Shown in pieces: positions 36,074 to 46,651 of a stretch of 64,000 nt of DNA (positions are counted from its first letter, which is position 1; each line of letters starts with the position of its first letter). This DNA is from an uncultured Chloroflexia bacterium. Its GTDB lineage: Bacteria > Chloroflexota > Limnocylindria > Limnocylindrales > CSP1-4. The position numbers were made by a program, and so were the translations under genes. The DNA is taken from the NCBI GenBank assembly GCA_963746845.1, contig CAVVCZ010000002.1, positions 192,001 through 256,000 of the forward strand. The letters run 5' to 3'. The notes under the pieces were generated by a model, which saw nothing but the letters and a program-made list of their open reading frames with translations, did not search any database and was not told the DNA's origin.

Positions 36074-37503
36074 CGATCGTGTCGCGCCCTTCCTCCGTAC
36101 AGAGCCTCCTTGGCGGTTCGATCGAGACGCCGGTTCACGCCTGCGGCCACGTGCCGGCCGTCGAGGTGTCGCCGTGGGTCGGCGCGGCCGGCACCGCCGG
36201 GACGGTCGCGGTCGTCGGGGCCGGGAAGATGGGCCTGCCGCTGTGCGCCCAGTTCGCCGATCACGGCTGGCACGTCGTCGCCGTCGACGTCCAGCAGTCG
36301 GTCGTTGACGCGATCAACGCCGGCCGGTCCCACGTCGCCGAGGAGCCCGGCCTCGCCGAGCTCGTCGCAGCCGCGCATTCGGGCGGGCGCTTGCGGGCCA
36401 CGACCGACGCCGCCGAGGCGGCCCGTTCGGCCGACGTCGTCGTCCTCATCGTCCCGGTCCTGCTCGACGACGAGCAGCAGCCGGACTACCGGTTCATGGA
36501 TGCTGCGGTCGCGTCGATCGCGCCCGGCGTCCATGCCGGATCGCTCGTGATCTTCGAGACGACCCTGCCCGTCGGCGACACGCGGACGCGCTTCCTGCCG
36601 CGGCTGGCGGAGGCGTCCGGGCTGACGCCGGACGAGGACCTGTTCGTGGCCTTCTCGCCGGAGCGGCTGTACAGCGGGTCGGCGCTCCGTAACCTCGCGA
36701 CCTATCCGAAGCTCGTCGGCGGGATCGGGCCCGTCTCGACGGATCGCGCCGCGGCGTTCTACGACGCCGTCCTCGACACCGAGGTCGTGGCGATGAGCAA
36801 CGCCGAGGCCGCCGAGTTCAGCAAGCTGGCCGACACGACCTACCGCGACGTCAACATCGCCCTCGCCAACGAGTTCGCCCGCTACGCCGAGCGGGTCGGC
36901 GTCGACATCCACGAGGTGATCGTCGCGGCGAACTCCCAGCCGTACTCGCACATCCACCAGCCGGGCCTGGGCGTCGGTGGTCACTGCATCCCGGTCTATC
37001 CCCACTTCCTGCTGTCCCGGGCGCCCGAGCTGGAGCTGGTCGAGCTGTCGCGGCGGACGAATGACGGCCAGGTGGGCGTCGCGATCAAAGCGCTTCAGCA
37101 GGAGCTCGGCGGCCTGGCGGGCGTTCCGGTGCTCGTCCTCGGCCTGACGTATCGCCACGGCGTCCACGAGCTCGCGTACTCGCGCGCCCTGCCGCTGATC
37201 GAGCGGCTGGTTCACCAGGGCGCGGCCGTGTCTGCGTATGACCCTCTGCTGACGCCGGCCGAGATCGCCCGATCCGGCGCGACGCCGTGGACATGGGGCG
37301 AGACGGCGCCGTTCCGGGCGATCATCACCCAGACCGGCGACCCGCTCTTCGGGCGTCTCGACCCGGCCTGGTTCCCCGATCTCGAGGTCCTGTTCGACGG
37401 GCGCGACAGCCTGCGCGACCTGGACCTCCCACCCACGGTCGCCTATCGCGGGATCGGGGTTCCGCCCCGGCCACGCGCGGCCGCCACCGACCCAGCGGCG
37501 TAG
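36070..37503 (+). CDS. UDP-N-acetylhexosamine 6-dehydrogenase (WbpA/WecC family)
   Basis: GAGKMGLP, FSPER, NIALANE and GVGGHCIPVYP. Confidence 0.9.
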   Translation: MTIVSRPSSVQSLLGGSIETPVHACGHVPAVEVSPWVGAAGTAGTVAVVGAGKMGLPLCAQFADHGWHVVAVDVQQSVVDAINAGRSHVAEEPGLAELVAAAHSGGRLRATTDAAEAARSADVVVLIVPVLLDDEQQPDYRFMDAAVASIAPGVHAGSLVIFETTLPVGDTRTRFLPRLAEASGLTPDEDLFVAFSPERLYSGSALRNLATYPKLVGGIGPVSTDRAAAFYDAVLDTEVVAMSNAEAAEFSKLADTTYRDVNIALANEFARYAERVGVDIHEVIVAANSQPYSHIHQPGLGVGGHCIPVYPHFLLSRAPELELVELSRRTNDGQVGVAIKALQQELGGLAGVPVLVLGLTYRHGVHELAYSRALPLIERLVHQGAAVSAYDPLLTPAEIARSGATPWTWGETAPFRAIITQTGDPLFGRLDPAWFPDLEVLFDGRDSLRDLDLPPTVAYRGIGVPPRPRAAATDPAA

Positions 37504-37529
37504 CCGGCCGGGCCGGGCCGCGTTCCCGC

Positions 37530-38636
37530 TTGCGGATCGTCAGCGTCGTCGGGACGCGCCCCCAGCTGATCAAGGCGGCCGCGCTGTCGCCGGTGCTCCG
37601 GCAGCGGCACGACGAGGTGTTCGTCGACACTGGCCAACACTGGGACGAGTCGATGGCCGGGGCGTTCTTCGGCGAGCTCGGGCTGCCCCGGCCGGACCAT
37701 TCCCTCGGCATCGGCGGCGGCAGCCAGGCGGAGCAGACGGGGAGGATGTTGTCGGCCGTGGAAACGGTCCTCCTCGCCGAACGACCGGACGCCGTGCTCA
37801 TCTACGGAGACACGAATTCGACCCTGGCGGGGGCGCTGGCCGCGGCGAAGATCGACGTCCCGGTCGCCCATGTCGAGGCCGGACTCCGGTCATTCGACCG
37901 GCGCATGCCCGAGGAGGTGAACCGGGTCGTCGCCGATCACCTGTCGCGCTGGCTGTTCGCCCCGACACCGACCGCGGTCGCCAACCTGGCCGCCGAGGGG
38001 ATCGTCGACGGCGTCGCCCTGGTGGGCGACCTCATGCAGGACCTGGCCGCCCGGGCCGTCGACGAGGTCCGCGATCCCGCGGTGCTGGCCGGGGCCGGGT
38101 TCGAGGTGACGCCGGGCCGCTACCTGTTCGCGACGGTCCATCGCGCCGAGAACCGCCCGCCCGAGGCGATCGCGGCCTGGGCCGCGCTCCTCGGCGCCGT
38201 CGCGACCCCCGACCGCCCCGTGATCCTCGCGCTCCACCCCGGGACGCGGGCAGCGCTGGATGCCGCCGGTATCCGGCTGTCCGAATGGGTCCGGGTCGTC
38301 GACCCGCAGGGGTACCGGACGACCCTCGCCCTCCAGCTCCATGCCGCCGCCGTCCTGACCGACTCGGGCGGCGTCCAGCGCGAGGCTGCCTGGCTGGGCG
38401 TCCCGTGCCTCGTCCTGCGTGACCGGACGGAGTGGCTGGAGGCCGTCGCCAGCTCCGGCGGCCGGATGGTCGTCGTCGGGCTCGACGCCGAACGGGCCCG
38501 CGCGGAGCTCGCGCGGCTTGCGCCCGAGGCGTCGGCGCCGGCGGACGCGGCGCATCGGGCAGCCAGCCTCGTCCTGGCGCCGTCCGGCGCCGCGGCGGCG
38601 ATCGTCACGCACCTCACGGATGACGCACCGCGATGA
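37530..38636 (+). CDS. wecB: Non-hydrolysing UDP-GlcNAc(-type) 2-epimerase (WecB/WbpI)
   Basis: GTRPQLIK, TGQHWD, GDTNSTLA, HVEAGLRS, MPEEVNR and TDSGGVQREA. Confidence 0.92.
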   Translation: MRIVSVVGTRPQLIKAAALSPVLRQRHDEVFVDTGQHWDESMAGAFFGELGLPRPDHSLGIGGGSQAEQTGRMLSAVETVLLAERPDAVLIYGDTNSTLAGALAAAKIDVPVAHVEAGLRSFDRRMPEEVNRVVADHLSRWLFAPTPTAVANLAAEGIVDGVALVGDLMQDLAARAVDEVRDPAVLAGAGFEVTPGRYLFATVHRAENRPPEAIAAWAALLGAVATPDRPVILALHPGTRAALDAAGIRLSEWVRVVDPQGYRTTLALQLHAAAVLTDSGGVQREAAWLGVPCLVLRDRTEWLEAVASSGGRMVVVGLDAERARAELARLAPEASAPADAAHRAASLVLAPSGAAAAIVTHLTDDAPR

Positions 38637-40099
38637 CCGCCCCCGGGACGCGACGGCGGATCGCCTACGTCTCCTTCTCCACGGGCGCGTATGACTCCCG
38701 GACCGAGCGGATGGCGTGCTCCGTCCTCGACGCCGGTCACGAGGTGATCGCCTACGCGCGCTGGGAGCCCGGACTGCCGCTCATCGAGGAGCGCGACGGC
38801 TATCGGCTCGTCCGGGTCCCGGTCGACACGATGATGGCGATCCCGGGCCTCGCCGGGCGCGCCCGGCGCCGGCTCGCCCGGCAGGTGGCGGCGTCAGAGG
38901 TCGGTGCAGGGCGGGCCGCCGGGTCCGCCACCGAGCCCGCCGCCGGGTCCGTGGCGGCTGCGGCGCCTGCGGCCCGCCCCGCGGATCCCCGCGCCGTCGG
39001 CCCACTGGCCGCCGTCCCGCCGTCGCGCGGCCTGACCGGCCGCGTCCGCCGGACGGCCGAGGGCACGGTGCTGTTCGAGCCGCTCCGCCGAGTCCGGGAC
39101 CTGGCCCGCCTGCCCCGGCGCTGGCTGCTGTTCCCTGCGTCCCTCCGGGCCTTCGCGGTCGCCCTCGATGCCGTCGCCGAGCCGGCCGACCTCTGGCACG
39201 GGATGTCGATCCAGGGGCTGCCGGCCGTCGTGCGGCGCAAGGGCCGGTCCGGCGGTGTCGCCGTCTACGACAGCCGCGACATCTACATGCACGCCCGTGA
39301 GCTGGCGCGCGTCGGCGGTCTGCGACGGCGGCTGTTCGAGGCCGCGGAGCGGCGCTGGGCCCACGCCTGCGACGCGGTCCTCACCGTCAACGACGAGTAC
39401 GCGGCCATCCTCGAGCGACAGCTCCGGGTCCCGCGACCCGCCGTCGTGATGAACTGCCCCGCCCGTTGGACCCCGCCGGAGCCGCGTCCGGACCTGATCC
39501 GGACGGCCCTCGGGCTCGAGCCCGGAATTCGCGTCGTCCTCTACCAGGGCGGCCTGTTCAGCGAGCGCGGGATCGAGCAGTCCATGGACGCGATCCTCCG
39601 CGTCCCCGACGCGGTCCTCGTGCTCCTCGGCTACGGCCGGCTCCGGGCCTCGCTGGCCGAGACGATCGAGCGCGAGCCGTACCGCGGGAAGGTCTTCCTC
39701 CTCGACGCCGTGCCGCCATCGGAGCTTCTCGGCTGGACGGCGTCCGCGGACGTCATGGTCATGGCGATCCAGCCGAGCTCGCTCAACCACCGGCACACGA
39801 CGCCGAACAAGCTGTTCGAGGCGATGGCCGCAGGGGTCCCGGTCGTCGCGAGCGACCTGCCGGGGATGGCGAGGATCGTGCGCGAGACCGGCTGTGGCGC
39901 CCTGTGCGACCCCACGTCCCCGGACGCGCTCGCGGTGGCCATCCGCGAGCTGCTCGACGCCTCGCCGGGGGAGCGCGAGGCGATGCGCGGTCGATGCCTC
40001 GCCGCCGCGCGCGATCGGTACAACTGGGAGTCGCAGGTCGGGACGCTGCTCGCCCTGTACGACCGGCTCCTGGCGGGCGCACCCCAGCGACTCCGATGA
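38633..40099 (+). CDS. GT4 glycosyltransferase
   Basis: LYQGG..RGIE and PNKLFEAMAAGVPVVASD. Confidence 0.88.
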   Translation: MTAPGTRRRIAYVSFSTGAYDSRTERMACSVLDAGHEVIAYARWEPGLPLIEERDGYRLVRVPVDTMMAIPGLAGRARRRLARQVAASEVGAGRAAGSATEPAAGSVAAAAPAARPADPRAVGPLAAVPPSRGLTGRVRRTAEGTVLFEPLRRVRDLARLPRRWLLFPASLRAFAVALDAVAEPADLWHGMSIQGLPAVVRRKGRSGGVAVYDSRDIYMHARELARVGGLRRRLFEAAERRWAHACDAVLTVNDEYAAILERQLRVPRPAVVMNCPARWTPPEPRPDLIRTALGLEPGIRVVLYQGGLFSERGIEQSMDAILRVPDAVLVLLGYGRLRASLAETIEREPYRGKVFLLDAVPPSELLGWTASADVMVMAIQPSSLNHRHTTPNKLFEAMAAGVPVVASDLPGMARIVRETGCGALCDPTSPDALAVAIRELLDASPGEREAMRGRCLAAARDRYNWESQVGTLLALYDRLLAGAPQRLR

Positions 40100-41442
40100 C
40101 CTCGACGGCGGCAGACGCGCACGGCGCCGTCGCGGCCCGTCGCTCGGTCGTCCTCGTCGGGAACCCGGCGCATCCCTATTCGCGCGGCGTGCGGATCGCG
40201 CGCGTCCTCGCGGCGCTCGGCGACGCCGTGGAGATCGCCGCGATCGCCGGCGACGACGCGCCGGCCATCGAGACGGACGGACCGATCGTCACCCGCCGCT
40301 ACCGCCCCAGCGGGCCGTATGCGCGGCTGGGCGCCTCGCACGGGGCCGGTACGGCCGCGCCGTTGCCCGGGCCGGCGGAGACACCCCCGGCCGCGTGGCG
40401 CTCGTGGCGGGTCGTCCGGGTCGCGACGAAGACCGCGGTCACGATCCGGCGGTGGCTGCTCTGGCCGCACACGGTCCGCGGCTGGTGGGCGACGCTCGAT
40501 CGGGAGCTCGCGCCGGTCGAGCTGTACCACGCGTGCGGCAGCCTGACCGTCGCTGCGGCCCTCGCGGCGCGTCGCCGGGATCGCCGGGCCGGGCGCCGGT
40601 CGATCGTCGTCTACGACGCGATCGACGACGTCATGGGCTCGAACAACGTCCTCGGGATGCCGCGGATCGTTCGTTGGTGGCTCGGACGACGCGAACGGGG
40701 CTGGGCGCTGGCTGCCGACGCTCGTCTGACGGTCAACGACGAGCTGGCCGCCCGCCTCGCCCGACGCTGGAGGATCGACCAGCGACCGGTCGTGATCCCG
40801 AACTGGCCGGAGCCGCGGCCCGTCCCCGCGGGCGTGGACCGGATCCGGGCGACGCTCGGCCTGCCCGCGACGACCCGGGTCGTCCTCTTCCAGGGCCGGC
40901 TCGGGCCGAACCTCGGGCTGGACGAGGCGGCGGAGGCGATCCTGCTCGTCCCGGATGCGGTTCTCGTGCTCATCGGGTTCGGGCGATGGTTCGCCCGGAG
41001 CCTGGAGCGCGACGCCGACCCTCGCTTCGCCGGTCGGCACCGCACCCTGCCGGCCGTCCACCCCGACGAGCTGATCGAGTGGACGGCGTCGGCGGACGTC
41101 TCCGTCATCCCGCTCCCACCGGTCTCCGCCAACCAGCGAGCGGCGACCCCGAACAAGCTCTGGGAATCCCTCGCCGCCGGGACACCGGTGGTCATCGGCC
41201 CCGGGCTGCCGGTCATGGCGGAGCTCGTCCGGCGTCACGACCTCGGGGCGATCGCCCCGTCGCTCGGTCCGTCCGACCTCGCGGGCGCGATCGGCGGGGT
41301 CCTCGACGTCCCGACCGAGACGGCCGCCGCCCGCCGCAGCCGGATCGCGAATCTCGCGTCGACCACGTTCAGCTGGCCGGTCGCGGCCGAGCGCTACGCG
41401 ACGCTCGTCCGGGACCTGCGCGCCGGGTCTCTCGATGGCTGA
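40096..41442 (+). CDS. GT4 glycosyltransferase
   Basis: LFQGR and PNKLWESLAAGTPVV; ATGA overlap. Confidence 0.85.
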   Translation: MTSTAADAHGAVAARRSVVLVGNPAHPYSRGVRIARVLAALGDAVEIAAIAGDDAPAIETDGPIVTRRYRPSGPYARLGASHGAGTAAPLPGPAETPPAAWRSWRVVRVATKTAVTIRRWLLWPHTVRGWWATLDRELAPVELYHACGSLTVAAALAARRRDRRAGRRSIVVYDAIDDVMGSNNVLGMPRIVRWWLGRRERGWALAADARLTVNDELAARLARRWRIDQRPVVIPNWPEPRPVPAGVDRIRATLGLPATTRVVLFQGRLGPNLGLDEAAEAILLVPDAVLVLIGFGRWFARSLERDADPRFAGRHRTLPAVHPDELIEWTASADVSVIPLPPVSANQRAATPNKLWESLAAGTPVVIGPGLPVMAELVRRHDLGAIAPSLGPSDLAGAIGGVLDVPTETAAARRSRIANLASTTFSWPVAAERYATLVRDLRAGSLDG

Positions 41443-43333
41443 CGGACCGGCCGCGATCGGAAGAGATGGCCCGCTCCATGTGCTTGTCGTCGCGCGCTGG
41501 TATCCCGCGTACGACGGCCGGGGTGCCGGGATCTTCGTGGCCGACCACTGCGCCGCGCTCGCGGCGCGCGGGGTCGAGGTGACGGTCGGGTCGTGGGACC
41601 ACCTGGCGCGCTTCAGCGGGGACGCCGCGACGGCCGCTCGTCTCGGCCGGCGCTGGATCGACGCGGCCGCGGCCCGTCCACCGATCGCGACGCCCCGGGC
41701 CTGGGGGGCACCGGACACGCCGGTGGCCCGGCTGCGGGCGGTCGCGGGTCCGCGTCGCGAGGCGGCCGCGGATCTGCTCGACCAGGCGCGGGCCCAGACC
41801 GACCCGCTGGTCGCCTTCGGGCGCGCACTCCACCGTCGCCGGCCGATCGACGTGATCCATGCCCACACGGGCCTGCCGGACGGCCTGGCCGCCCTCGCCC
41901 TCGCGAAGGATCTCGGCGTCCCGCTCGTGACGATCGAGCACGACAGCAAGGTTGCCGGCCGGATGGCGGACGCCGAGGTCCGCCGTCGGTATGCGGAGCT
42001 GCTCGGGGACGGCCGTGCGCTCGTCGCGGTGAGCGCCACCCTCCGGGGCCGGCTCGCGTCGGCGCTCGGCGTGGAGCCGTCGCGCATCGACGTCATCCCC
42101 AATCCGGTCGCGGTCGACGCGTTCCCGCTCGCCGATCCGGCGGGACGCGACCCGGACGAGCTGCTGTTCGTCGGTCGTCTCCGTGCCGACAAGGGGATCG
42201 CCACGCTGATCGAGGCTGTCGGTATCGTGCGCCGTGCGCGGCCGGACCGGCCGCCCCGGCTCCGGCTCCAGGGGCAGCACGGCCCCGAGGACGCGGAGGC
42301 GTGGCACCGGCTCGCGGCACGGAACGGGCTTGCAGAGTCGCTCCGGCTGGAGACGCCGGCCGACCGGTCCGTCGTGTCCGACGCGATGCAGCACGCCGGC
42401 CTGTTCGTGCACCCGAGCCCGTTCGAGACGTTCGGGATCGTCGCCGCGGAGGCGCTCGCGACCGGGCTGCTCGTCGCGGCGACGCCGTCCGGCGGCGTCG
42501 AGGAGATCGTCGGAACCGACGGGCGGCTCGGGGAGATCGCGGCCGGGCCGACGGCGCCTGCGCTCGCCGCGGCCATCGGGCGGGCGCTCGATCGCCGATC
42601 GAGCCTCGATCCAGGGACGCTCCGGCAGTCGATCGTCGAGCGGTTCGGTGCGGCGGAGGTGGCCGATCGGTTCCTCGCGATCGACACCCGCCTGCTCGAG
42701 ACGGCGAGCCACACGACCACCGAACCGGCGCCGGCGACCGCATCGGCGGCGCGGCCCGACGGGCCCACGGCGTTCGAGCCGCCGCTCATCGTCGCGTTCC
42801 GCCGCCGCGCCATCGATCTGCGCTTCGCTGCGCTCGCACCCGAGCTCCAGGCTCGGCTCCCCGTGCTGACGACTCCGTCCGCCGCGACCGGGTCGTCCAC
42901 GGACCCGTCGCCGACGTCGACCGGCGGGTGGACGGTGGTCGACGACGACCGGGCGATCCGCGAAGCCCTCGACGGCCTGGGGCGGCCGCCGGTCGCCGAC
43001 GCTTCGGCCCGTGCGGCCTGGCTCGTCCGCCATCCCGTCGCGGCCGTGCGCCGCCGGTGGATCGCCCGCGACCGGACGCGGGTCCGCCTCGCCGAGCGAC
43101 GGGAGGCGCTCGCCGTGTGGATGGCCGGCCATCGCGGAGGAGGGGCGCGAGGCCTCGTCCTGCTGCCGCTGGACGCGGACGACCTGGTCGCCGTCGAGCC
43201 GTTCCTCGGCGAGGGCGTCGAGCTGGCGGCCGGCGGGCTGCGCTGGCTGGCGGATGCCTGGGACGAAGCCGTCGCCAGGGGAACGGCGCGGCGGCCCGGA
43301 ACGGTGTCGGAGGAGTCGGACGCGCCGGGCTGA
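41435..43333 (+). CDS. GT4 glycosyltransferase with extra C-terminal domain
   Basis: LFVGRL..KG and ETFGIVAAEALATG. Confidence 0.85.
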   Translation: MADGPAAIGRDGPLHVLVVARWYPAYDGRGAGIFVADHCAALAARGVEVTVGSWDHLARFSGDAATAARLGRRWIDAAAARPPIATPRAWGAPDTPVARLRAVAGPRREAAADLLDQARAQTDPLVAFGRALHRRRPIDVIHAHTGLPDGLAALALAKDLGVPLVTIEHDSKVAGRMADAEVRRRYAELLGDGRALVAVSATLRGRLASALGVEPSRIDVIPNPVAVDAFPLADPAGRDPDELLFVGRLRADKGIATLIEAVGIVRRARPDRPPRLRLQGQHGPEDAEAWHRLAARNGLAESLRLETPADRSVVSDAMQHAGLFVHPSPFETFGIVAAEALATGLLVAATPSGGVEEIVGTDGRLGEIAAGPTAPALAAAIGRALDRRSSLDPGTLRQSIVERFGAAEVADRFLAIDTRLLETASHTTTEPAPATASAARPDGPTAFEPPLIVAFRRRAIDLRFAALAPELQARLPVLTTPSAATGSSTDPSPTSTGGWTVVDDDRAIREALDGLGRPPVADASARAAWLVRHPVAAVRRRWIARDRTRVRLAERREALAVWMAGHRGGGARGLVLLPLDADDLVAVEPFLGEGVELAAGGLRWLADAWDEAVARGTARRPGTVSEESDAPG

Positions 43334-43338
43334 CGCCG

Positions 43339-44268
43339 TTAGGGGCGCTTGACGGTGCCCCCGTAGCGCGCGATCTCCTCCGCCGCCTTCGCCTTCGCCG
43401 CCGCCGAGTGCTCCTGGTGGACGGCCACGACATCGGCCGGATCGCCCTCGACGACGATGTGGCCCTTCTCGAGCAGGATCGCCCGGTTGCAGTACTCGAT
43501 GACCCAGGTCATGTCGTGGGTCACGAGCACGATCCCCTTGGCCTGCTTCACGAGCTCCCCGACCCGGCCCTTGCTCTTCGCCCGGAACACCTGGTCGCCC
43601 GTCGCGAGGACCTCGTCGAGGAGGAGGACGTCCGGATCGACCGACGTCGCGATCGCGAACCCGAGCCGCGCCCGCATGCCGGACGAGTACGTCCGGATCG
43701 ACGCGTCGATGAACTCGCCGATGTCGGCGAAGGCCACGATCCGCTCGACCCGCTCGGTCAGCTCCGCGTGACTCATCCCCATGAATGCCCCGGCGAGCAG
43801 GATGTTCTCTCGGCCGGAGAGCTCCGGGTCGAAGCCTGCCCCGAGGGTCAGCAGGCTCGAGATCCGGCCGCGGACCGAGATCGCCCCGGCGGACGGCGTG
43901 ATGATCCCGGCGAGGACCTGCAGGAGGGTGCTCTTGCCGGCGCCGTTCGGGCCGATGATCGCGAGGGATTCGCCCGAGACGAGCCGGAACGTGACGTCGC
44001 GCAGGGCCCAGAAGTCCTTCGGGCCGTCCTTGCGCTTCAGCAGGTCGCGGAAGGTCTGGCGGACGGTGTTCTTGCGGGTCAGCCGCAGGCTGTACCGGAC
44101 GCCGAGCTCGCGGACATCGATGACCGTCGTGCCGAAGGTCCGGTCCGTGGCCGCGTCGTCGGCATGGGCGGCCGCCCGCGCCGCCTCGACCGAGAGGACG
44201 TCGTCGTCGCGGGTCGTGCCGGCCGGGGGCAGCGTGGACACGGAGGCGGTGCCCGGATCGCTCGTCAC
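43339..44268 (-). CDS. wzt: Polysaccharide ABC exporter ATPase (Wzt/TagH-like)
   Basis: FWALRDV, GPNGAGKSTL, YSSGMRARLGF and LLDEVL. Confidence 0.93.
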   Translation of the reverse strand: MTSDPGTASVSTLPPAGTTRDDDVLSVEAARAAAHADDAATDRTFGTTVIDVRELGVRYSLRLTRKNTVRQTFRDLLKRKDGPKDFWALRDVTFRLVSGESLAIIGPNGAGKSTLLQVLAGIITPSAGAISVRGRISSLLTLGAGFDPELSGRENILLAGAFMGMSHAELTERVERIVAFADIGEFIDASIRTYSSGMRARLGFAIATSVDPDVLLLDEVLATGDQVFRAKSKGRVGELVKQAKGIVLVTHDMTWVIEYCNRAILLEKGHIVVEGDPADVVAVHQEHSAAAKAKAAEEIARYGGTVKRP

Positions 44269-45122
44269 AGGACCTTGGCGAACGCGGGCTCGAGCCGCTT
44301 GAAGAGGTACACCGCGAGGATGACCAGGATCACGGACACCCCGAGGACCCGCGCCAGCCCCGCCCACTCGGGCATCGTCCCGTAGTAGATGACGTTCCGG
44401 TACGACTCGAACAGCGCGGTGAACGGGTTCAGGTTGAGGATGATGCTGACCGCGCCGTGGCGGTTCAGCAGCGACTCCAGCTCCGACGCGCTGTAGAGCG
44501 CGGGTGACAGGTAGAACCACAGGCGGAGCAGGTGCCGGGTGACGTTGCCGACATCGCGGAAGAAGACGTTCGCCGATGCGACGAACACCGCGACCGCCAA
44601 CGTGAACACGAACTGGACGGCCGCGACGACGGGGATCAGTAGCAGCGTTGCGCTGATCCGCTCCGGGTACATCAGGACGAGGATCCCGGCCAGCGGGATC
44701 AACCCGAACGCGAAGCTGACGATGCCGGCGATGACGGCCCCGAACGGCAGGATGATCTTCGGGAACTGGACCTGCTTGATCAGCCCTTCCTGGCTCGTGA
44801 CGGACGTAACGCCGTCTCCGACCGAGCTCGAGAACCACTTCCACGGGAGGATCGCCGCGAAGATGAAGAGCGGGTAGTCCGGGACCGTGTTGCCGCCGCG
44901 GATGACGGTGACGAGCACGACGTAGACGAGCATCTGGAGGAGCGGGTCGATCACCCACCAGAGGTTGCCGAGCAGGGTGTCGGCGCCCTTCCGCTTCATG
45001 TCGGCGCGGACGAGATAGCCGATCAGCCGGCGGCGCGACCACAGCTCCCGGAAGGCTTCCGCTACGAGGCCGAACGCCCCCGGACGGACGCTCGTGTCGT
45101 AGACAAGGGTCGACGTCGTCAT
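44265..45122 (-). CDS. wzm: Polysaccharide ABC exporter permease (Wzm/TagG-like)
   Basis: LGNLWWVIDPL, FFRDV, WFYLSPALY and LNP; GTGA overlap with wzt. Confidence 0.92.
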   Translation of the reverse strand: MTTSTLVYDTSVRPGAFGLVAEAFRELWSRRRLIGYLVRADMKRKGADTLLGNLWWVIDPLLQMLVYVVLVTVIRGGNTVPDYPLFIFAAILPWKWFSSSVGDGVTSVTSQEGLIKQVQFPKIILPFGAVIAGIVSFAFGLIPLAGILVLMYPERISATLLLIPVVAAVQFVFTLAVAVFVASANVFFRDVGNVTRHLLRLWFYLSPALYSASELESLLNRHGAVSIILNLNPFTALFESYRNVIYYGTMPEWAGLARVLGVSVILVILAVYLFKRLEPAFAKVL

Positions 45123-45211
45123 GGGCCGGTGGGAGGGTATCACGGGTCGCACGTCGGGCCGCCGGATACGATGGCGCCGATGCGACCCCCGGCGCACCGG
45201 ACGATCGGCCC

Positions 45212-46651
45212 ATGAACGTGACGATGTACGTGATGAACGACGTCCGGCACGACTCGCGCGTGCTCCGTGAGGCGGCGACGCTCGCCGAGGCCGGCCATCG
45301 GGTCACGATCGTGGGCTCGAGTGGGGCGGGGGAGGCGGATCCCGCGGCGGCCGGCCCGGAGCGGGTTGGCGACGTCACGATCGTGCGTGTCTCGGAGCGG
45401 TCGCGGACGCCGGCCGTCGTCGTCTGGGCCGATCGACCCTGGACGCTCCGGACGCGGGCCGCGACCGCGGTCCTCACCGGCGTCCGGCGGTTCCCGTCCG
45501 GCGTGCCGGCGGCCGCGACCGCCGCCGTCCTGACCGTTGCATCGCTCCCGTGGCTGCTCGTCCGCGGCGCGTGGGTCGGCGGACGGGCCGCGCTCGGACG
45601 GGCGACGCCGCGACCGGGCTGGCTCGGCTACTGCGCGGTCTGGCTGGGACGGCGACGGACCTGGGCGAGACGCGCCGCCGCGATCGCGCCGAGCTCGGAT
45701 GTCCATCACGCGCACGACCTCGAGGCGCTGCCGGCGGCCATCGCCGGCGCGCGCCGCGACGGCGGACGGGTCGTCTACGACAGCCACGAGATCTTCGTCG
45801 GCTGGGGACCGCTGCTCGCCCAGCCCCGCTGGCTCCGGGCGTGGTTCGCCCGGTGGGAACGACGACAGGTCCGGTCCGTGGCGGCGATGGTCACCGTGAA
45901 CGACGAGATCGCCGCGGTCCTGAATCGGACGTTGCGGCCGCCGCGGATCACCGTCGTCTACAACTGCCCGCCGCGCTGGACCCCGCCGGCAATGGATCCC
46001 GGGCATCTCCGCCTCGCGGCGGCGATCCCCGACGACGCGCCGATCGTTCTCTGCCACGGCAATCTCCAGGCGAACCGGGGCCTCGAGGAGACGGCCGGGG
46101 CCCTTGCCCGCCCGGAGCTGGCGGACGCCCACCTCGTGTTCCTCGGCTACGGGCGGCGCGTCGTCGAGCCGATCCTCGCGGACCCGCGGCTCGCCGGCCG
46201 TGTCCACGTCCTGGACCCCGTCCCGCCGGACGCGCTGCTCGGCTGGATCGCCGGCGCCGACGTCGACGTCATGGCGATCCCGGCCGTCGACGAGAACAGC
46301 CGGCTGAGCAGCCCGAACAAGCTGTTCGAGAGCCTCGCCGCCGGCGTCCCGATCGTCACGAGCGACCTCCCCGTCCGGCGACGGATCGTGCTCGAAGACC
46401 CGGAAGGCCCGCTGGGTGCGGCCTGCGACCCGGCCGACCCTGCGTCGATCGCCGCTGCGATCGGCTCGATCGTCCACGCGTCCCCGGACGACCGGACGGC
46501 CCTGCGATCCCGGTGTCTCCGGGCGGCCCACGAGCGCTGGAGCTGGGACCGCGAGGGGGCGAAGCTCGTGGCGCTGTACGCGGACCTCGCGACGACGGCG
46601 CCGGTGGCTCCCGCCGCGACCGCGTCGTCCGCGTCCCGCGCGGCCTCATGA
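45212..46651 (+). CDS. GT4 glycosyltransferase
   Basis: DSRVLREA, HAHD, YDSHE and PNKLFESLAAGVPIV. Confidence 0.88.
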   Translation: MNVTMYVMNDVRHDSRVLREAATLAEAGHRVTIVGSSGAGEADPAAAGPERVGDVTIVRVSERSRTPAVVVWADRPWTLRTRAATAVLTGVRRFPSGVPAAATAAVLTVASLPWLLVRGAWVGGRAALGRATPRPGWLGYCAVWLGRRRTWARRAAAIAPSSDVHHAHDLEALPAAIAGARRDGGRVVYDSHEIFVGWGPLLAQPRWLRAWFARWERRQVRSVAAMVTVNDEIAAVLNRTLRPPRITVVYNCPPRWTPPAMDPGHLRLAAAIPDDAPIVLCHGNLQANRGLEETAGALARPELADAHLVFLGYGRRVVEPILADPRLAGRVHVLDPVPPDALLGWIAGADVDVMAIPAVDENSRLSSPNKLFESLAAGVPIVTSDLPVRRRIVLEDPEGPLGAACDPADPASIAAAIGSIVHASPDDRTALRSRCLRAAHERWSWDREGAKLVALYADLATTAPVAPAATASSASRAAS

